32,000 nt of DNA from Planctopirus limnophila DSM 3776. GTDB lineage: Bacteria > Planctomycetota > Planctomycetia > Planctomycetales > Planctomycetaceae. A program made the translations under genes and the position numbers. The notes below the pieces were generated by a model that worked only from the letters and a program-made list of their open reading frames with translations, had not been told where the DNA came from and searched no databases. The stretch spans positions 5,391,076 through 5,423,075 of the forward strand of contig NC_014148.1 of NCBI RefSeq assembly GCF_000092105.1, in the 5' to 3' direction. Shown piece after piece: positions 1 to 8,477 of the stretch (positions are counted from its first letter, which is position 1; every line of letters starts with the position of its first letter).

Positions 1-170
1 GTCTTCAAATTCTGCCTCAGTGAGGCAATCTCGGCATTCATAGGCCGAGCGACAAGAAAGTGCATCCCTAACAGACCGGCTGCCACTCCCACAATCAGCA
101 TGGCCCAGGCCAAACGCTGCTGATCCTGAATCTGTTGTTCCATCGCTCTGAGTTTTCCCTGTTCCGACAT
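1..170 (-). CDS. hypothetical protein, N-terminal part only (gene runs off the left edge)
   Basis: A minus-strand ATG at 168-170 opens a frame that stays open to position 1: MSEQGKLRAMEQQIQDQQRLAWAMLIVGVAAGLLGMHFLVARPMNAEIASLRQNLK... It has a polar start followed by one hydrophobic helix. Hand-translated; absent from the ORF track because it is truncated. No family recognised. Confidence 0.3.
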   Translation of the reverse strand, partial: MSEQGKLRAMEQQIQDQQRLAWAMLIVGVAAGLLGMHFLVARPMNAEIASLRQNLK

Positions 171-414
171 ATACACAATGATTTCTCCGATCATTTGATG
201 TTGGGGCTGCAACTGGGAGCATCTGCCAATCCACAGCCAATCTTTTTGCTGTGAGTTCTATCGGCACTTTTCGCCGCTCGGTTGATGGTTTGGGCAGCCT
301 GCTCAAAGATTAACAATTACAACCATCCCAAAAGCTGCGATGAGTCTACGAGGAGGCGATGGCGTATGATCGGGGCTCGTCTTTTCCAAATTGTCGCTGA
401 ATAAGGAGTTAGCC

Positions 415-915
415 ATGACGCAGGCCTTTGGTCGATACAGCATCAGGCGGGGGAATTCTGCTGATGCTGACGTTCTTGCCGCCTTTAATGCGGCCATGGC
501 GCTGGAGACCGAAGGGCGACAACTGGACGGGCCGACGCTCCTGCGTGGTGTGCAAATGTTGCTGGCTGATGAGCAGCGTGGAGCCTATTTTGTGGTAGAA
601 GAATGCGCGACAAAACAGCTCGTTGGCCAGTTATTGATCACCCGGGAGTGGAGTGACTGGAGAGCCGGTGAGTTCTGGTGGATTCAGAGTGTCTACGTGC
701 GGCCTGAAGATCGCCGGCAGGGAGTTTTTCGCCAGCTCATGCAGCATGTGGAACAAGCCGCCAGGCAAGACAGCTTATGCACAGGTCTGAGGCTGTACGT
801 CGATGGCGACAATCAGTCGGCAAAACAGGTCTATCAGACTCTGGGATGGTGCAAAACCCATTATCAGGTCATGGAAATCGACTGGTCAGGCTGCTCGCAC
901 GCAGTCGATGCATGA
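415..915 (+). CDS. GNAT family N-acetyltransferase
   Basis: Track ORF 391..915. I prefer the ATG at 415 because AAGGAG (403-408) lies 6 nt upstream. It has a GNAT motif-A-like stretch WIQSVYVRPEDRRQGVFRQLMQHVEQAA and a C-terminal NQSAKQVYQTLGW, which fits the acetyl-CoA binding fold. Confidence 0.85.
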   Translation: MTQAFGRYSIRRGNSADADVLAAFNAAMALETEGRQLDGPTLLRGVQMLLADEQRGAYFVVEECATKQLVGQLLITREWSDWRAGEFWWIQSVYVRPEDRRQGVFRQLMQHVEQAARQDSLCTGLRLYVDGDNQSAKQVYQTLGWCKTHYQVMEIDWSGCSHAVDA

Positions 916-974
916 CAAAAGTCGAAGATGCACCTGATCACGATACTCACTCCCTTGTGAGTGATCTGACACGA

Positions 975-1649
975 TTAACCAAAGCTGTCAGAACCAACGG
1001 CGAGCATCTCGTGACTGTCATCGCGGCGTTTTCCGTGATGACCATTGAGATCGACCCCGGAATCATCATTAGGGGCCGAAAACAGGTCGTCAAAACGAGG
1101 CGAATCGTTCAAAGGCTGCGATCCGCGCGGTGGCTCATTGACCGAGGAGTGTTCACTGAATTTCCGACGAGAAATCCCACTCTCACTGGCTGGGGAGCCG
1201 TTTCCCGGAAATGCTGTGGATGGAAGTGAATAGCCTGGTATATCCGCATCACTATCAGCAATCGCCAGTGGCAGTTCAGAGCTGACTGGAGATGTGGCAG
1301 AGGCTCTCAGCGCTGGTGTGAAGCCTGCCGTCTCCACAATCTTGTTGTCGACAAGCTGTGGCTTGTTGTGCAGTTTGAAACCAATATCCCCGATCAGAAT
1401 CTCATCGCCCAGTCGCAGCCGATGTTCTTTACGGATACGGGCTCCGTTAATGGAAACACCGTTAGTGCTTCCCAGATCGCGAATCACCCAGCGATCATTC
1501 ACCTGAGCGAAGCAGCAATGCTTGCGGGAGACTTTGCGACTGTGAGTCAGCACGACATCACAATCAGCCTGACGTCCCACAAGGACAATCGACTTCTCCA
1601 GTGGAATCACTGTACCACCGGCATCGAGAGGAATCAGGAAAGCTGGCAT
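975..1649 (-). CDS. FHA domain-containing protein
   Basis: The N-terminal ~100 aa match the FHA pattern: VLVGRQADCDVVL..SRKVSRKHCCF...WVIRDLGSTNGVSINGARI....LRLGDEILIGDIGFKL. The C-terminal ~120 aa are Ser/Pro/Asp-rich and look disordered. Confidence 0.9.
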   Translation of the reverse strand: MPAFLIPLDAGGTVIPLEKSIVLVGRQADCDVVLTHSRKVSRKHCCFAQVNDRWVIRDLGSTNGVSINGARIRKEHRLRLGDEILIGDIGFKLHNKPQLVDNKIVETAGFTPALRASATSPVSSELPLAIADSDADIPGYSLPSTAFPGNGSPASESGISRRKFSEHSSVNEPPRGSQPLNDSPRFDDLFSAPNDDSGVDLNGHHGKRRDDSHEMLAVGSDSFG

Positions 1650-2174
1650 GGCATTACCTTGTCACTGCGGACAGGACAATTTGATTCAACGATCCACCTT
1701 CCGAGGGATCTCTTCAAAATTGTCTTTGAACAAAACGATCCTGCCGGATTCCATATCCACAATTCAAAAGCCTGCCTTGGCACAGTTATAAAGCATCAAT
1801 AATTTGAGAGACTTATCTATCACACAGCGTTTGCCATGCCAATGCATTACTAAAATCGACAGATTTGTATCTTAATCCAATTCTGAAGGCTGATGACAGA
1901 GCAAACCTGCCCAGGAGATGTGATCAAAAGAGCACTAGAGAGGCAGGACCAGCTAAGCCATCGAATCCCAATGAAGTCAAGTCATCCTGCTCACGCATCA
2001 GACGGCTTAGTTCACCTACATCAGTTATCGTAGTCAATAGAGGGGCAAACGGAATGTGAATTCATGAATTCCGTAAGAAGTCGATGGATATTTCTGTCCG
2101 ACAAAGCTCGACTTGCAGGCATTGACCATTAGAGAGGCAGTACCCGAAAATTCACAGCCTGTGGTATGGTCGGC

Positions 2175-2948
2175 TCACGAACGATTTGACGAGTTGTAGA
2201 TTCTGTGCAGAGCGCTGCTGAGCAGACTGCTTCTCGGTCGGGACATTTCCTGCGAAATCCCTGAAAATGCCGTCGCGAGACGAGGCAACGGAGCCATCAA
2301 AGTGGGGGTCAGCTTCTCTACACTCTCCAGGAAATTTTCCCAGCCGGCACTCAGAACCGTCGCCAGAGGATGTGGCCTGGCAGCAAAGCTGTCGAGAAAG
2401 TCGGCCACACTGTCGCTGTCGTAACCCCATTCCAAAGCGGTTTCATGCTTGGAACAGGTGCAGGAAATCAGAATATCGACCCATCGCTCATAGCGTTTCC
2501 GGAAGAGATTGATCTCGGAAAAACCAGAGGTTCGATCCTCTTTTTGTAAGGTCCGGTAGGCCCAGACCATCAGTTGCTGTTGTGACTGAGATAACGAGAG
2601 GACGAGTCGCTCGACAGCAATCAGATCATCACTCAACACTGATTGATGATCGGCCACCGTGATGGATGACCAGACACGCATGATGCCATCCAACATCAGC
2701 ACGTGCATCAGCAGGTCAGTCGTGGGGAGATGAGCTGCTGACGCGTACTGGCTCAAAGTATGCTCACTGGCTGTCGTGCGCACCAGCTCCGTACCCAGGG
2801 TTTTCTGAGCCTGCTTCAGTGGCAGCCAGATATTGTCAGTCATCAGCCGGCGCTGAGCTGATGGCAACAGCGTCCAGCGGAATAATGACCCCAGCAATTC
2901 TCGATACCCGGTGGAATTCAAGCTTCGCTCTACCTCATCGTCGGCCAT
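2175..2948 (-). CDS. hypothetical protein (predicted all-helical, no family recognised)
   Basis: 257-aa ORF with unbiased, protein-like composition and no competing long ORF. No signal peptide, TM segment or motif that I recognise. Confidence 0.65.
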   Translation of the reverse strand: MADDEVERSLNSTGYRELLGSLFRWTLLPSAQRRLMTDNIWLPLKQAQKTLGTELVRTTASEHTLSQYASAAHLPTTDLLMHVLMLDGIMRVWSSITVADHQSVLSDDLIAVERLVLSLSQSQQQLMVWAYRTLQKEDRTSGFSEINLFRKRYERWVDILISCTCSKHETALEWGYDSDSVADFLDSFAARPHPLATVLSAGWENFLESVEKLTPTLMAPLPRLATAFSGISQEMSRPRSSLLSSALHRIYNSSNRS

Positions 2949-3185
2949 GAATCATCGATCGACATCTCAGATCATCATTCGCAGGTAGTAGAGCTTGCCG
3001 CAGAAAAAGAGCATTCGCCAGTCGAAAATCGGAGGGTGATCCGTTTTTGCTGTTGCGAGAAAACCACATCCCGGAACCAACCATTCCTTCCTGTCCACGA
3101 CATGGGAAAAACACCCGTTTTTAAGGGCTGAAAGGCAGGAATAACACGACATCTCGACATCCGGAACAACTCTGATTCAAAGCGA

Positions 3186-3223
3186 CACAGGCAGCACGAG
3201 AAGAAGTTCCCGTACTGCCTGTG
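3186..3223 (-). terminator. putative intrinsic terminator of the first DUF1559 gene
   Basis: CACAGGCAG (3186-3194) pairs perfectly with CTGCCTGTG (3215-3223), and 3 further inner pairs are possible. It lies 34 nt downstream of the stop at 3257. On the minus strand it is followed by TCGCTTTGAAT. Confidence 0.5.
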
Positions 3224-3256
3224 ACGTTGAAGTGGAGCAAGAAACAGAGGGTCTTG

Positions 3257-4297
3257 TTAGAACTCGTTGACCGTCTCTCCCGAGGCACGAGTTCCTATTG
3301 CACCCCACACACCATAAGGAGATGGGCCGCTGCCAGGCGAGGTCGCATTGGGATCACCGGCACTGATGTTTTCGCTGATGAATCGCACAGCGCCATCACC
3401 CATCAACGCATGAATGCCCCCTGTATGCCGACTGGAAGCCGTGGCGTGGCCCCAGCCACCATCGACCGTTGAGCTTTGGCAGGAAGGACCGTTGGGCCGA
3501 ACAGCAGTGGCCACAAAGGCGAAGTATGGCCGTCCATCCCAGGCACGTCCCCCCGGTGGTCGGAAATCTGTCCGCACAGCACCAGTCAAAGTACGGGTGG
3601 CAGGATCAATCAGGCTGAGACAGGCCTGAGGAGTGCTGGTTGTCACACCCACAGCCACACCACCCAGGATCGCGGTGGTATCGACACCACCCATGACAGC
3701 TTCGGCCATCATGATGGTATTGCTGGTACCGTCTGTCACATCACGCATGCCTGTATTGCTGCGGTAGGCGAACATGCCGCGAGTATTGGTGCCGTTGTTG
3801 TCGTTGAGAGTATCTCCCACACTCACGCGATAGTTGAGCAGGCTGGGGCTTTCATTTCGATTGCCGGGTGGTACATCGGAGGGGCAGATGAAGCCGGGAA
3901 CATCGACGGTAAAGTAAGCGGGTCGATTCCAGGGATCAGCCATTCCCGCCCCGGTATTGGCCATGATCGTGTTATACAGTGGTGTCTGATCGACATACGG
4001 CAGAATGCTGATCGCGAAGGAATACCGACGGCCCGATGTCCCTTTCATCCCATCGACACCCGCTGGCGGAAAGACGCGGAACGTGTCGTGGTAATTGTGC
4101 ATCGCAATCCCCAATTGCTTGAGGTTATTGCGGCACTGAGTCCGCCGGGCCGCCTCGCGCGCCTGCTGCACAGCCGGGAGCAGCAGGGCAATCAAAATAG
4201 CGATGATCGCAATGACCACCAGCAGCTCGATCAGTGTGAATCCCGGACGACGAGCAACTCGCCCAGGACGTGCAGTGGGAAGAGTCAAGCGGTACAT
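3257..4297 (-). CDS. DUF1559 / prepilin-type N-terminal cleavage-methylation domain protein (H-X9-DG family), paralog 1
   Basis: Type IV pilin-like leader [56 protein letters not shown], and C-terminal [12 protein letters not shown] (H-X9-DG) followed by VRFISENI. The track ORF starts at 4318. I prefer the ATG at 4295-4297 because it is preceded by GGAG 6 nt upstream. Confidence 0.9.
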   Translation of the reverse strand: MYRLTLPTARPGRVARRPGFTLIELLVVIAIIAILIALLLPAVQQAREAARRTQCRNNLKQLGIAMHNYHDTFRVFPPAGVDGMKGTSGRRYSFAISILPYVDQTPLYNTIMANTGAGMADPWNRPAYFTVDVPGFICPSDVPPGNRNESPSLLNYRVSVGDTLNDNNGTNTRGMFAYRSNTGMRDVTDGTSNTIMMAEAVMGGVDTTAILGGVAVGVTTSTPQACLSLIDPATRTLTGAVRTDFRPPGGRAWDGRPYFAFVATAVRPNGPSCQSSTVDGGWGHATASSRHTGGIHALMGDGAVRFISENISAGDPNATSPGSGPSPYGVWGAIGTRASGETVNEF

Positions 4298-4707
4298 AAA
4301 GAGCTCCAAAAAGAACATTGCCAGAACTGGCAGGAAGTGAATGCCACAGAATGTGGCTCAAGACATGCAAACAAGATTAGGTAGCAAAGGCCCGAAGAAC
4401 CTGAAATTAGACATATTGAGTCAGAGCGAAATCAACCAGTACGACATGCAGTTTCATGAAGCCAGCCGAAAAGTCACTGGCAGAGATATTGAGATTCTTA
4501 TCAGTGAATTGAGTTTTTTATCGATAGGAACTTGCAGCTTTACGGTGATGAGCGTGATCAGCCAGCCAACCCGATGTATTCTGGACAAACTCTTCAGGTT
4601 TGTCTGGATTTCCACGATCGTATTAAAGTATACTGATATCATCGGGAATGTCACCTCCAAAACTACCCCTCTCTATGGTGTTTCCACCAATTTTTGAAAG
4701 ATTTCCT

Positions 4708-5250
4708 ATGTGTCTCAGAGTCAAACCCCATCGAAACAAAGCCACACCACCTGCTGCGATCTCCACGCGGCTTCCCCACGATCTCGCTTTGAGTTTTACA
4801 CCATGGATTTGTGTTTTTTTACTGGCAATCTTTGTCGCAGGTTGCGGCAGCAGAGTGGCTGTCGATTCGCGCGCCAAAGGACCTGTCACCGGTCGCGTCC
4901 TCGTTGATGGCAAACCCATTCAGGTCGAAGGAGTCGCTTTGGTGCTAATGCCCGCTGATCAATCGGCGGCCGTCACGATCCCTGTTTCCAAAGAAGGAAC
5001 CTTCGAAGGACAAGCCCCCCTGGGGAGGCACTTTGTTTCGATTTCAGCAGGGCACACCCCGGATGCAGGACACGGCGAAGGCCCCAAAGTCGGTTTTGGT
5101 CCGTTGTTCCTGTCGACGGAATCTCCCCTGACAATCACGGTCGCAGAGTCGGCAACCCCTCAGGATCTCGAGGTCGGTAACGCGGCCGCCAAAAAACAGG
5201 AACCCAATCGCCGCCGACTTGGACCCGCGACCACTCCCAGAGCTCATTAA
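4708..5250 (+). CDS. putative lipoprotein with carboxypeptidase-regulatory-like (CarboxypepD_reg) beta domain
   Basis: Hydrophobic segment plus lipobox WICVFLLAIFVAG|C, then GPVTGRVLVDGKPIQVEGVALVLMPAD...VSKEGTFEG, the pattern of the CarboxypepD_reg fold. The start is uncertain: candidates are TTG 4648, ATG 4675 and ATG 4708. Confidence 0.6.
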   Translation: MCLRVKPHRNKATPPAAISTRLPHDLALSFTPWICVFLLAIFVAGCGSRVAVDSRAKGPVTGRVLVDGKPIQVEGVALVLMPADQSAAVTIPVSKEGTFEGQAPLGRHFVSISAGHTPDAGHGEGPKVGFGPLFLSTESPLTITVAESATPQDLEVGNAAAKKQEPNRRRLGPATTPRAH

Positions 5251-5387
5251 TCATTCGCATCCAAGCACGGCGTCGCCTGTGAACCATCAGTACTGGCGAA
5301 GACTCCCGGCTTGTCTTACGCTGCTGCTGAAGTCTCTTGCGGACTGCCATATCGAGATTCACAGGCTCACGTCAAAGGCCAGTTGCC

Positions 5388-6245
5388 ATGTCGCGCTCGG
5401 ATCGGACACATCTGCATCAGATTTTTCCGCTGGAAGAGTATGGCGATACCCTGATCATTACACCCACTGGTGATGCTGCTGGATTTCATCTGCCCCATGT
5501 GCATGCCGAGATGGCTGCTGCCACCGACTATTTTGACAAATCTGAGTTAAAGCACCTCGTGTTTGACCTGAGCAGGGCGAGATACTTCGGTTCGCAGATC
5601 CTTGGGCAATTGATTGTATTCAGCCAGAAAGTGAAGAGTCAGGGGGGCCGCGTGGCCTTGGCCAATCCCTCAACCGAAATGCTGGATGTGCTGCGGATCA
5701 TGAAAGTCGATTCGATCTGGGAAGTATTTCCGTCGCGGAATAAGGCCCTCTCGACCATTGCCAGTCGCCCGTTTTCCGCTCACCTGGTGCAGTTTGGGAG
5801 GCGCAGCTTTCCAGTAGTCCTGCTGGGTTGCCTGGGGGCTGCCTGGTGGTACTGGCCCCGCAGAAATCTCGATCATCATTATCACGATCAACTGCTGGGG
5901 ATTTACCGCGAGAGCCGACAGCTGCTCGACGCCAACCCGCGTGATCAAGACTGGGATCAACATCTGACCAGATCCCGGCAACAGCTTGAGAAAATCACTG
6001 CTGAACTGGAGACGATTGCATCAAGTCAGCGAGAGGCTTTGCGGCGGATGATCTATTGCTCGCGCGATTATCTGTTCCCCGCCTTGCAGGACAAACTCAA
6101 GCTCGATTCCTATCCGCATTTCATGTTCTTTCAGGAAATGAAGGCAGGTGAGAAGGAAATGCGCGAGCCGGTCAAAACCTTATCAGAGACTCTGCGTCCC
6201 GAGGGTTTAACGAATCCCCGTGCTCTCCCTGCCAATCCCTCATGA
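5388..6245 (+). CDS. STAS domain protein (anti-sigma-factor-antagonist-like) with TM helix and C-terminal coiled-coil region
   Basis: The N-terminal ~125 aa are STAS-like: TLIITPTGD....LKHLVFDLSRARYFGSQILGQLIVFSQKVKSQGGRVALANPSTEMLDVLRIMKVDSIWEVF. A hydrophobic helix follows (SFPVVLLGCLGAAWWYW), then a charged helical tail. ATG at 5388 chosen, with AAAGG upstream. Confidence 0.8.
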   Translation: MSRSDRTHLHQIFPLEEYGDTLIITPTGDAAGFHLPHVHAEMAAATDYFDKSELKHLVFDLSRARYFGSQILGQLIVFSQKVKSQGGRVALANPSTEMLDVLRIMKVDSIWEVFPSRNKALSTIASRPFSAHLVQFGRRSFPVVLLGCLGAAWWYWPRRNLDHHYHDQLLGIYRESRQLLDANPRDQDWDQHLTRSRQQLEKITAELETIASSQREALRRMIYCSRDYLFPALQDKLKLDSYPHFMFFQEMKAGEKEMREPVKTLSETLRPEGLTNPRALPANPS

Positions 6246-6421
6246 ACTTTGATTGCCATGACTGTGGTGGTCAACGAGGGCACCATTTGCAGCCAACGGA
6301 AAAGAATTTTGTGTTGGTCAGGCAAATCTTCAAAGTTCGCATTTGACCTGCAAATGTCTGAACATTAGTCTGCCGCCCTAATGGGGATTTGTTCACACAA
6401 CATTCAGGTGGGGAGAACGCA

Positions 6422-6841
6422 ATGGATCTGTTTCGTTTCGCAATGCTGGCACAAGATGACTTCGGCGGTGATGCAGGAGCAGCGGCTGCCGGTGGCATCG
6501 CGATGGTCATCCTGGTCATCGAACTAGCGCTGATCGTTCTATTGATTGCTGGCCTTTGGAAGGTGTTCACCAAAGCTGGTAAGCCCGGTTGGGCAGCCAT
6601 TATTCCGATCTACAATATGATTGTGCTCCTGGAGATCGTTGGGCGCCCCATTTGGTGGTTTCTCCTGCTCCTTGTCCCGTGCGTAGGCATTATCTTTGCC
6701 GTCATCATTTACATTGACCTCGCGAAGTCCTTTGGCAAAGATGTGGCATGGGGGATTGGTTTAGTTCTCCTGCCATTCATCTTTATCCCCCTCTTGGGCT
6801 TTGGAAGCGCCAAGTATGTGGGCCCAGCAGCGAAGAACTAA
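6422..6841 (+). CDS. DUF5684-like small integral membrane protein
   Basis: LWKVFTKAGKPGWAAIIPIYNMIVLLEIVGRPIWWFLLLLVP...DLAKSFGKDVAWGIGLVLLPFIFIPLLGFGSAKY matches the conserved core I remember for DUF5684. ATG at 6422 is preceded by GGTGGGGAGAA. Confidence 0.8.
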   Translation: MDLFRFAMLAQDDFGGDAGAAAAGGIAMVILVIELALIVLLIAGLWKVFTKAGKPGWAAIIPIYNMIVLLEIVGRPIWWFLLLLVPCVGIIFAVIIYIDLAKSFGKDVAWGIGLVLLPFIFIPLLGFGSAKYVGPAAKN

Positions 6842-6920
6842 TTCTCCGGATGGATACTCATCACGAAGTGCTTGGCTGTCATCCGGTGACAGGCAAGCCT
6901 TGAGACCGCACTAAACACAA

Positions 6921-6951
6921 CAGGCCCGACCATGATTCATGGTCGGGCCTG
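6921..6951. terminator. bidirectional intrinsic terminator (ends the + strand genes and the - strand tRNA)
   Basis: Perfect 14-bp stem, CAGGCCCGACCATG (6921-6934) with CATGGTCGGGCCTG (6938-6951). The tail is TGTTATT on the plus strand and TTGTGTTT on the minus strand. Confidence 0.8.
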
Positions 6952-7007
6952 TGTTATTCAGTCGCGAGTTTTGCAGCCAGCTGAGAACAGATAGCAAAAA
7001 ACTCCAA

Positions 7008-7081
7008 TGGCGATGGAGGGACTCGAACCCACGACACACGGCTTATGAAGCCGCTGCTCTAACCGACTGAGCTACATCGCC
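7008..7081 (-). tRNA. tRNA with CAT anticodon (elongator tRNA-Met type; tRNA-Ile2/lysidine not excluded)
   Basis: The reverse complement folds by hand into a 74-nt cloverleaf: GGCGATG TA GCTC AGTCGGTTA GAGC A GCGGC TT-CAT-AA GCCGT GTGTC GTGGG TTCGAGT CCCTC CATCGCC A. G1-C72 is paired and there is no GGG/CCC anticodon stem, so it is not an initiator. There is one U-U mismatch in the T stem, and CCA is not encoded. Confidence 0.9.
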
Positions 7082-7403
7082 AAGATCTCGCCGCAATGAG
7101 AAATCAGAATGATTTCGCACCACAACTTTGCGAATGTTATTCCAATTCCCTCCCTGCTCGCAAGGCAGCGACAATTTTCATGAATTCTGCATGCCGTCTC
7201 CGGGCTGTTTCCATGGATCTGGAGGCAACTCGTTTCATATCAGACTGTTACGTCAGGTCTTGTGAGGGATTGCCTGCTTGAACAATCACAAAAACTCTCT
7301 CTGCAGATTCTGGACACCGGTGAATCGTTTGCGGTTCAATCGTTGATCAACAGAAATTTTCGCACACTCTCTTCGCCCCAACATCAGGTTTCTCGTTGTG
7401 ACC

Positions 7404-8372
7404 ATGTCCTCAAAACTTTACTTCGCGTATGGCTCCAATCTAAACCAGACTGACCAAGAGGAGTGGGCTCTCGAACAAAATGTTTCTTTGGGAGCCATGA
7501 CTCCTTTGGGCCGGGCGTGGCTGCCAGATCATCGACTGGTCTTCAGCCTTCACTCCAAGCGCCGCCACGGAGGTGTGCTCGATGTCGAACCAGCGTCAGG
7601 CCATGTCGTCCCGGGCGTAATCTTCCAGATGGACGAAACAGCCTGGGACGCGATGGATCGCAAAGAGGGGCTGCATGCTACAAAAAGTGGCTATCAGAGG
7701 TACCCAACATTCGTCATCAATGCTGCCGGAGTGCCTCAACAGGTTGAAACCTACACCGCCAAACCGACCTTCAAACAAGCCTATGTCGAACCTCACCCTG
7801 ATTATGTCGCCATTGTTCGACAAGGATATGATCGCTTTGCCTTGAACGATGGTCTCGTGGGCCCAACCGCCAGTGATGTCCTTGATCAAGTCGCTGCAGG
7901 CAAAACTCCTCCCTCACTCATCAGGCAGCTCTTTGTTTACGGCACGTTAATGCAGGGCGAATGTCGCCATCCCTTTCTGAAAGAGGTGGGCAGCCGGTTG
8001 GTGGGCCCACGCATCACAAGCGGCAGCCTCGTCAATCTGGGAACATTCCCCGCAATGATCCTCCCTGCAACCTCATCGTCGGAGAGACAAAGATCATCGA
8101 TCACGCCGGAGCAAAAAATTCCGGGCGAGCTCTTTGAGCTGCAAGATCCAGCCCATGACTGGCCGGTTCTCGATCCTGTGGAAGAGTTTCCTGGTTATCC
8201 CGCTCTGGCAAATGGTGCCTATGCCATGTACCACCGTACGATTATCAAAGTCGCACCACAGGATCGGCTCAATCTTGAGGAACACTCCTGGACGTGGGCG
8301 TGGACGTATTCCCTCGCCGATCATTCCCTGCCCCAACAGCCCATCGCGTCCAATTCCTGGCGCGCATTATGA
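7404..8372 (+). CDS. tandem gamma-glutamylcyclotransferase-like protein (GGCT/AIG2_2-like N domain plus GGACT/AIG2-like C domain)
   Basis: The N half has LYFAYGSNL...DRKEG...GYQRY. The C half has LFVYGTLMQGECRHPFL...IPGELFEL...LDPVEEFPGYP...MYHRT. Each half has the YGS/TL signature and a candidate catalytic Glu. The start is GTG 7398 or ATG 7404. Confidence 0.85.
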   Translation: MSSKLYFAYGSNLNQTDQEEWALEQNVSLGAMTPLGRAWLPDHRLVFSLHSKRRHGGVLDVEPASGHVVPGVIFQMDETAWDAMDRKEGLHATKSGYQRYPTFVINAAGVPQQVETYTAKPTFKQAYVEPHPDYVAIVRQGYDRFALNDGLVGPTASDVLDQVAAGKTPPSLIRQLFVYGTLMQGECRHPFLKEVGSRLVGPRITSGSLVNLGTFPAMILPATSSSERQRSSITPEQKIPGELFELQDPAHDWPVLDPVEEFPGYPALANGAYAMYHRTIIKVAPQDRLNLEEHSWTWAWTYSLADHSLPQQPIASNSWRAL

Positions 8373-8406
8373 TTTGGAGTCCCATGAATAACTGCGCGGC
8401 GTGTGG

Positions 8407-8477
8407 CTGGGGTTGAGTCTTCGAACCCCCAGCTATCTTCGGCACGAACTGGGGTTCGTGAGGACGCTCAACCCCAG
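8407..8477. repeat. pair of related palindromic units (REP-like) between convergent genes
   Basis: Unit 1 (8407-8432) is CTGGGGTT-gagtcttcg-AACCCCCAG. Unit 2 (8449-8477) is CTGGGGTT-cgtgaggacgctc-AACCCCAG. Alternatively, 8407-8417 (CTGGGGTTGAG) pairs perfectly with 8467-8477 (CTCAACCCCAG). Confidence 0.6.

Noticed and set aside
415-915. GNAT as the toxin of a GNAT/RHH-type toxin-antitoxin pair
   Set aside because: No small upstream or downstream antitoxin ORF (DUF1778/RHH-like) is present. The neighbouring gene is convergent, and the flanking 240 bp has no credible ORF.
942-966. Short hairpin (ACTCAC-TCCCTT-GTGAGT) between the convergent GNAT and FHA genes, as a bidirectional terminator
   Set aside because: Only 6 perfect base pairs are present, with no U-tract on either strand. 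That is insufficient to call a terminator.
3476-4384. 302-aa plus-strand ORF antisense to DUF1559 paralog 1. Similar antisense ORFs are 17771..18271 and 17868..18197 in paralog 2 and 22357..22998 in paralog 3.
   Set aside because: They are mirror-frame ORFs inside genes with unmistakable pilin-leader and H-X9-DG signatures. Their translations are His/Arg/Gly-rich with no motifs. Long open antisense frames are typical of GC-biased codon usage.
4341-4697. 118-aa ORF in the AT-rich spacer between DUF1559 paralog 1 and the lipoprotein gene
   Set aside because: It lies in the lowest-GC DNA of the region, which is typical promoter DNA. The composition is Ile/Ser/Lys/Phe-rich, with no ribosome-binding site and no motif. 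It is more likely non-coding divergent promoter sequence.
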